The position numbers and the translations under genes are program-made. The notes below the pieces were generated by a model. That model was not told the origin of the DNA. It ran no database searches and saw only the letters and a program-made list of their open reading frames with translations. From a virus (Duplodnaviria > Caudoviricetes), in the IMG/VR virus record IMGVR_UViG_3300025387_000027, positions 1 to 45,362 of that record: DNA of 45,362 nt. One strand, 5' to 3'. This document shows, one piece after another, positions 43,132 through 45,362 of this stretch. Positions within the stretch are counted from its first letter, which is position 1; every line of letters begins with the position of its first letter.

Positions 43132-43662
43132 TCAGCGCTCCATGCACATTGCTGCTGTGCTGCTATATGAACCAAGCGCAGGATTGATCCGCTTGGGAAG
43201 GCTTCTTGAGTTTTTTCTGGTGTAATCAATGCAGCCATTTGGGTGATGCTTTTTAAGATCAGCAAGAAATCGTCTGTTTGTTTCTTTAATCCTGCCTCTT
43301 GAATCTGGTTCTTCGTCATGAGGCACTTCTTCTTGAGACTTGGCTTCTTCATCCAGCCATAGATTTGACCATCTAATGTCAGACGTATTGCCATTGAGTG
43401 ATACAATGGGACACTTTGGAAAGTCGCCGCAAACAATTAGATATGCAGCTCTTGCTGCTATGATGGTTTTCTTATTAATCACACAACGACCGCGAAGGTT
43501 GCCATCATTTGCTGGCATGATCTCAACTTTTTGACGTGGCGTGCATTCAGTTGCTTTCAGCCATATTTCTCCAAGCTCTGGGTCGTATTCGCAACGCGCG
43601 AGAATAAAATCTCGCACGTCAACACGCTCCTCGTTACGATAAATTTCTTTTATCCCTGTCAT
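43132..43662 (-). CDS. Degenerate HNH-endonuclease-like protein
   Basis: YDPELG...AARAAY..VCGDFP..PIVSLNGNTSDIRWSNL matches the HNH_3 scaffold but lacks the His residues. Confidence 0.6.
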   Translation of the reverse strand: MTGIKEIYRNEERVDVRDFILARCEYDPELGEIWLKATECTPRQKVEIMPANDGNLRGRCVINKKTIIAARAAYLIVCGDFPKCPIVSLNGNTSDIRWSNLWLDEEAKSQEEVPHDEEPDSRGRIKETNRRFLADLKKHHPNGCIDYTRKNSRSLPKRINPALGSYSSTAAMCMER

Positions 43663-43919
43663 CGCTTGTTCCTCCTCATTTCTTCCCACATGACTTCAGC
43701 CACCTCTCGCGAAATATCGCGCTGCTTCGGTCTATTGTGTTTGCTCTCCAGCCTGTCCCTGAAACCCTTGCTACGCGCCACATAGTCGCGAAGCTCAATC
43801 AAATTGTTTGCGTAATCATCCTGATTGTTTTTGCGAAAGGCAGAAATTGCAGCGTCAAGCGCGTCAATATTTTTCTTTATGCGAAGCTCGACATGATTAT
43901 TTGCGGTTGTTGGCGTCAT
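43659..43919 (-). CDS. Hypothetical protein
   Basis: Likely start MTPTTANN with ATGA overlaps on both sides. Confidence 0.6.
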   Translation of the reverse strand: MTPTTANNHVELRIKKNIDALDAAISAFRKNNQDDYANNLIELRDYVARSKGFRDRLESKHNRPKQRDISREVAEVMWEEMRRNKR

Positions 43920-44320
43920 AGTGGCTGCTGTAAGTTGGAGATAATGATACGCACACACGCCTTGTCAGCGTATCTTTTGTGCGCTTCGATCTTGGAAACT
44001 TGCGCGTCGTCGTGCCAAACAACACCATTGAAAGCGTCTTTAAGAAGCTTCACGACATTGTCGATGTCAGGCTTTGATGACTTCCAACCAGTCTCTTGTT
44101 TCTTTTTGGCAGACCAGGAAGCAGGCGCGACGTAAAACGCGCCGACTTGAAGCAGGAGAGGGCCTTCAAATAATTCTTTGCCGGCCATTGCCTGCTCAGC
44201 AAACAGCCTTGCAACAGCCATAGCGTTTGCTTGTTTGGTTGGCGTGAACCGTCGCTTGCCATGAGCGCCAGCGCGAGCAAAAGGCGTAGCTTCGCCAGGT
44301 ATTTCAATTTCTACGAGCAT
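43916..44320 (-). CDS. rusA: RusA-family Holliday junction resolvase
   Basis: KPDIDNVVKLLKDAFNGVVWHDDAQV. Confidence 0.92.
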   Translation of the reverse strand: MLVEIEIPGEATPFARAGAHGKRRFTPTKQANAMAVARLFAEQAMAGKELFEGPLLLQVGAFYVAPASWSAKKKQETGWKSSKPDIDNVVKLLKDAFNGVVWHDDAQVSKIEAHKRYADKACVRIIISNLQQPL

Positions 44321-44334
44321 ACGATCACCATCAG

Positions 44335-44387
44335 AATAAAAGGCCCAGAGCGGAGCTGGCAGGGCAGAGGCCGCTCGACGCTCTGGG
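44335..44387 (-). terminator. Long hairpin, probable terminator/attenuator between cro and rusA
   Basis: CCCAGAGCG...CGCTCTGGG 9-bp stem (44344-44387) with inner GAGC/GCTC, followed by TTTTATT on minus. Confidence 0.55.
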
Positions 44388-44451
44388 AGTCACCTACGTT
44401 CAGGGAGGACGAACGCAGGAGCTAAACGCGACGCAACACGCAACAAACGCT

Positions 44452-44574
44452 TTAAATAACCTTCAAGGTTAAGATGCAGGCTAAGGCTACACAGCCGCCC
44501 ATGATGATTGCTTGCGCGACCATCACGGCAATTTCAAAAGAAGCGTAAAGAAGGGTGAAGGCGTAATCGCTCAT
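44452..44574 (-). CDS. 40-aa membrane peptide
   Basis: Hand translation MSDYAFTLLYASFEIAVMVAQAIIMGGCVALACILTLKVI; ATGA overlap with the cro-like stop, GGGGGA RBS. Confidence 0.55.
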   Translation of the reverse strand: MSDYAFTLLYASFEIAVMVAQAIIMGGCVALACILTLKVI

Positions 44575-44780
44575 TGATCCCCCCATATGTCAGGGCGAAT
44601 ATCGGCAAGCTGAATGTGATTGCTCAGCTCAGCGACGATTTTCTTTGCGACTGCTGGAGAGGCTTGGCGTTCGCCAATCTCAATTCGATTGATCCACCAG
44701 CGCGTGACGCCAACGCGATCAGCAAGCTGCTGCTGCGTTAATCCGTTCTTTTGTCTGGCTGCTTTTAGTGATTTGCTCAT
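44571..44780 (-). CDS. Cro-like XRE HTH regulator
   Basis: LTQQQLADRVGVTRWWINRIEIG...IRPDIWG; divergent from a second HTH gene. Confidence 0.88.
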   Translation of the reverse strand: MSKSLKAARQKNGLTQQQLADRVGVTRWWINRIEIGERQASPAVAKKIVAELSNHIQLADIRPDIWGDQ

Positions 44781-44877
44781 AGCAAACTAAGTAATCTTAA
44801 TGAAAACTATGAGTCAATTGCCTGAAAAGTAAACAAATCAAAATAATTTGCTTTTAGTAATTTTTTTTAAATTGATT

Positions 44878-44891
44878 AAGTAAATTTACTT
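44878..44891. promoter_or_regulatory. Candidate operator of the Cro/CI-like switch
   Basis: Perfect palindrome AAGTAAATTTACTT; 10/14 matches at 44789 and 44840. Confidence 0.6.
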
Positions 44892-44929
44892 GCTTGCTAT
44901 TGGGTTAATAAATCCTTAATAAGTTGGCT

Positions 44930-45256
44930 ATGAGAAAACAAATTAAAGGCTACGTTCAGCCAAAACGAAAGCCTCTTGCCAATCTCAAAGCTTGGAGAAT
45001 CCATCAAGGTATGAACCAAGAACAAGTAGGTGATTTAATGGGCGTTCATAAAGCTCAAGTTTCAAATTGGGAAAGCGGAGTTCGCGCCATACCTGAGAAA
45101 AAACTTTCAGCTTATTGCGACGCTATAGGAATAGACATTGTTGATATTTACAGGTTGCCAGAACACGAAAGCATAGACGCGCTTCTTGAAAACGCCACTT
45201 CTGAGCAGCGTTCAAAAGCAATTCAAATAGTTAAGTTATTGCTTAAACAAGACTAA
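44930..45256 (+). CDS. CI-like XRE repressor without S24 peptidase domain
   Basis: LKAWRIHQGMNQEQVGDLMGVHKAQVSNWESG; 108 aa from ATG 44930. Confidence 0.85.
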   Translation: MRKQIKGYVQPKRKPLANLKAWRIHQGMNQEQVGDLMGVHKAQVSNWESGVRAIPEKKLSAYCDAIGIDIVDIYRLPEHESIDALLENATSEQRSKAIQIVKLLLKQD

Positions 45257-45362
45257 CTTACTCGTTTGTAAAAATTTCAATCATTTCAAGAACAAGACTC
45301 AACTGACGTGGCGATAATGTAGCCACAATGTCAGCTATTTTCTCTTTAATATCAAAGCCCTG

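Noticed and set aside
42861-43436. 191-aa version of this ORF
   Set aside because: The first 102 codons overlap the HNH-like gene; the recognisable domain begins at ATG 43130
45303-45334. Hairpin CTGAC-GTGGC…GCCAC-AAT-GTCAG downstream of the repressor gene
   Set aside because: Single imperfect dyad at the window edge; cannot tell terminator from operator without downstream context

Overview
The whole window is bacteriophage DNA: most of a tailed-phage genome with a short-tailed (podovirus-type, BPP-1/uvMED-like) morphogenesis module. The host is Gram-negative (spanin pair) and probably an alphaproteobacterium (inferred from gene content). One long minus-strand late region (about 36400 to 720) encodes terS, a 6.2-kb block of nine fibre-like genes, terL, portal, scaffold, capsid, tail tubular proteins A and B, internal virion proteins, two signal-peptide-bearing fibre-like paralogues, an elaborate lysis cassette and a metallophosphoesterase. 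A plus-strand block (37842-41351) carries a MoxR-type AAA+/VWA-like pair and small genes. A minus-strand replication/recombination block (41373-44780) and a divergent Cro/CI-like switch end the window. I saw no integrase, DNA polymerase, reverse transcriptase, tRNA or CRISPR array. The most unusual signals are non-coding: five leader hairpins with different stems but a shared CACCAC loop, a capsid-gene leader with three copies of one asymmetric internal loop, and a 430-bp chain of overlapping, mostly unrelated palindromes. All protein calls come from motif recognition by eye, not database searches.
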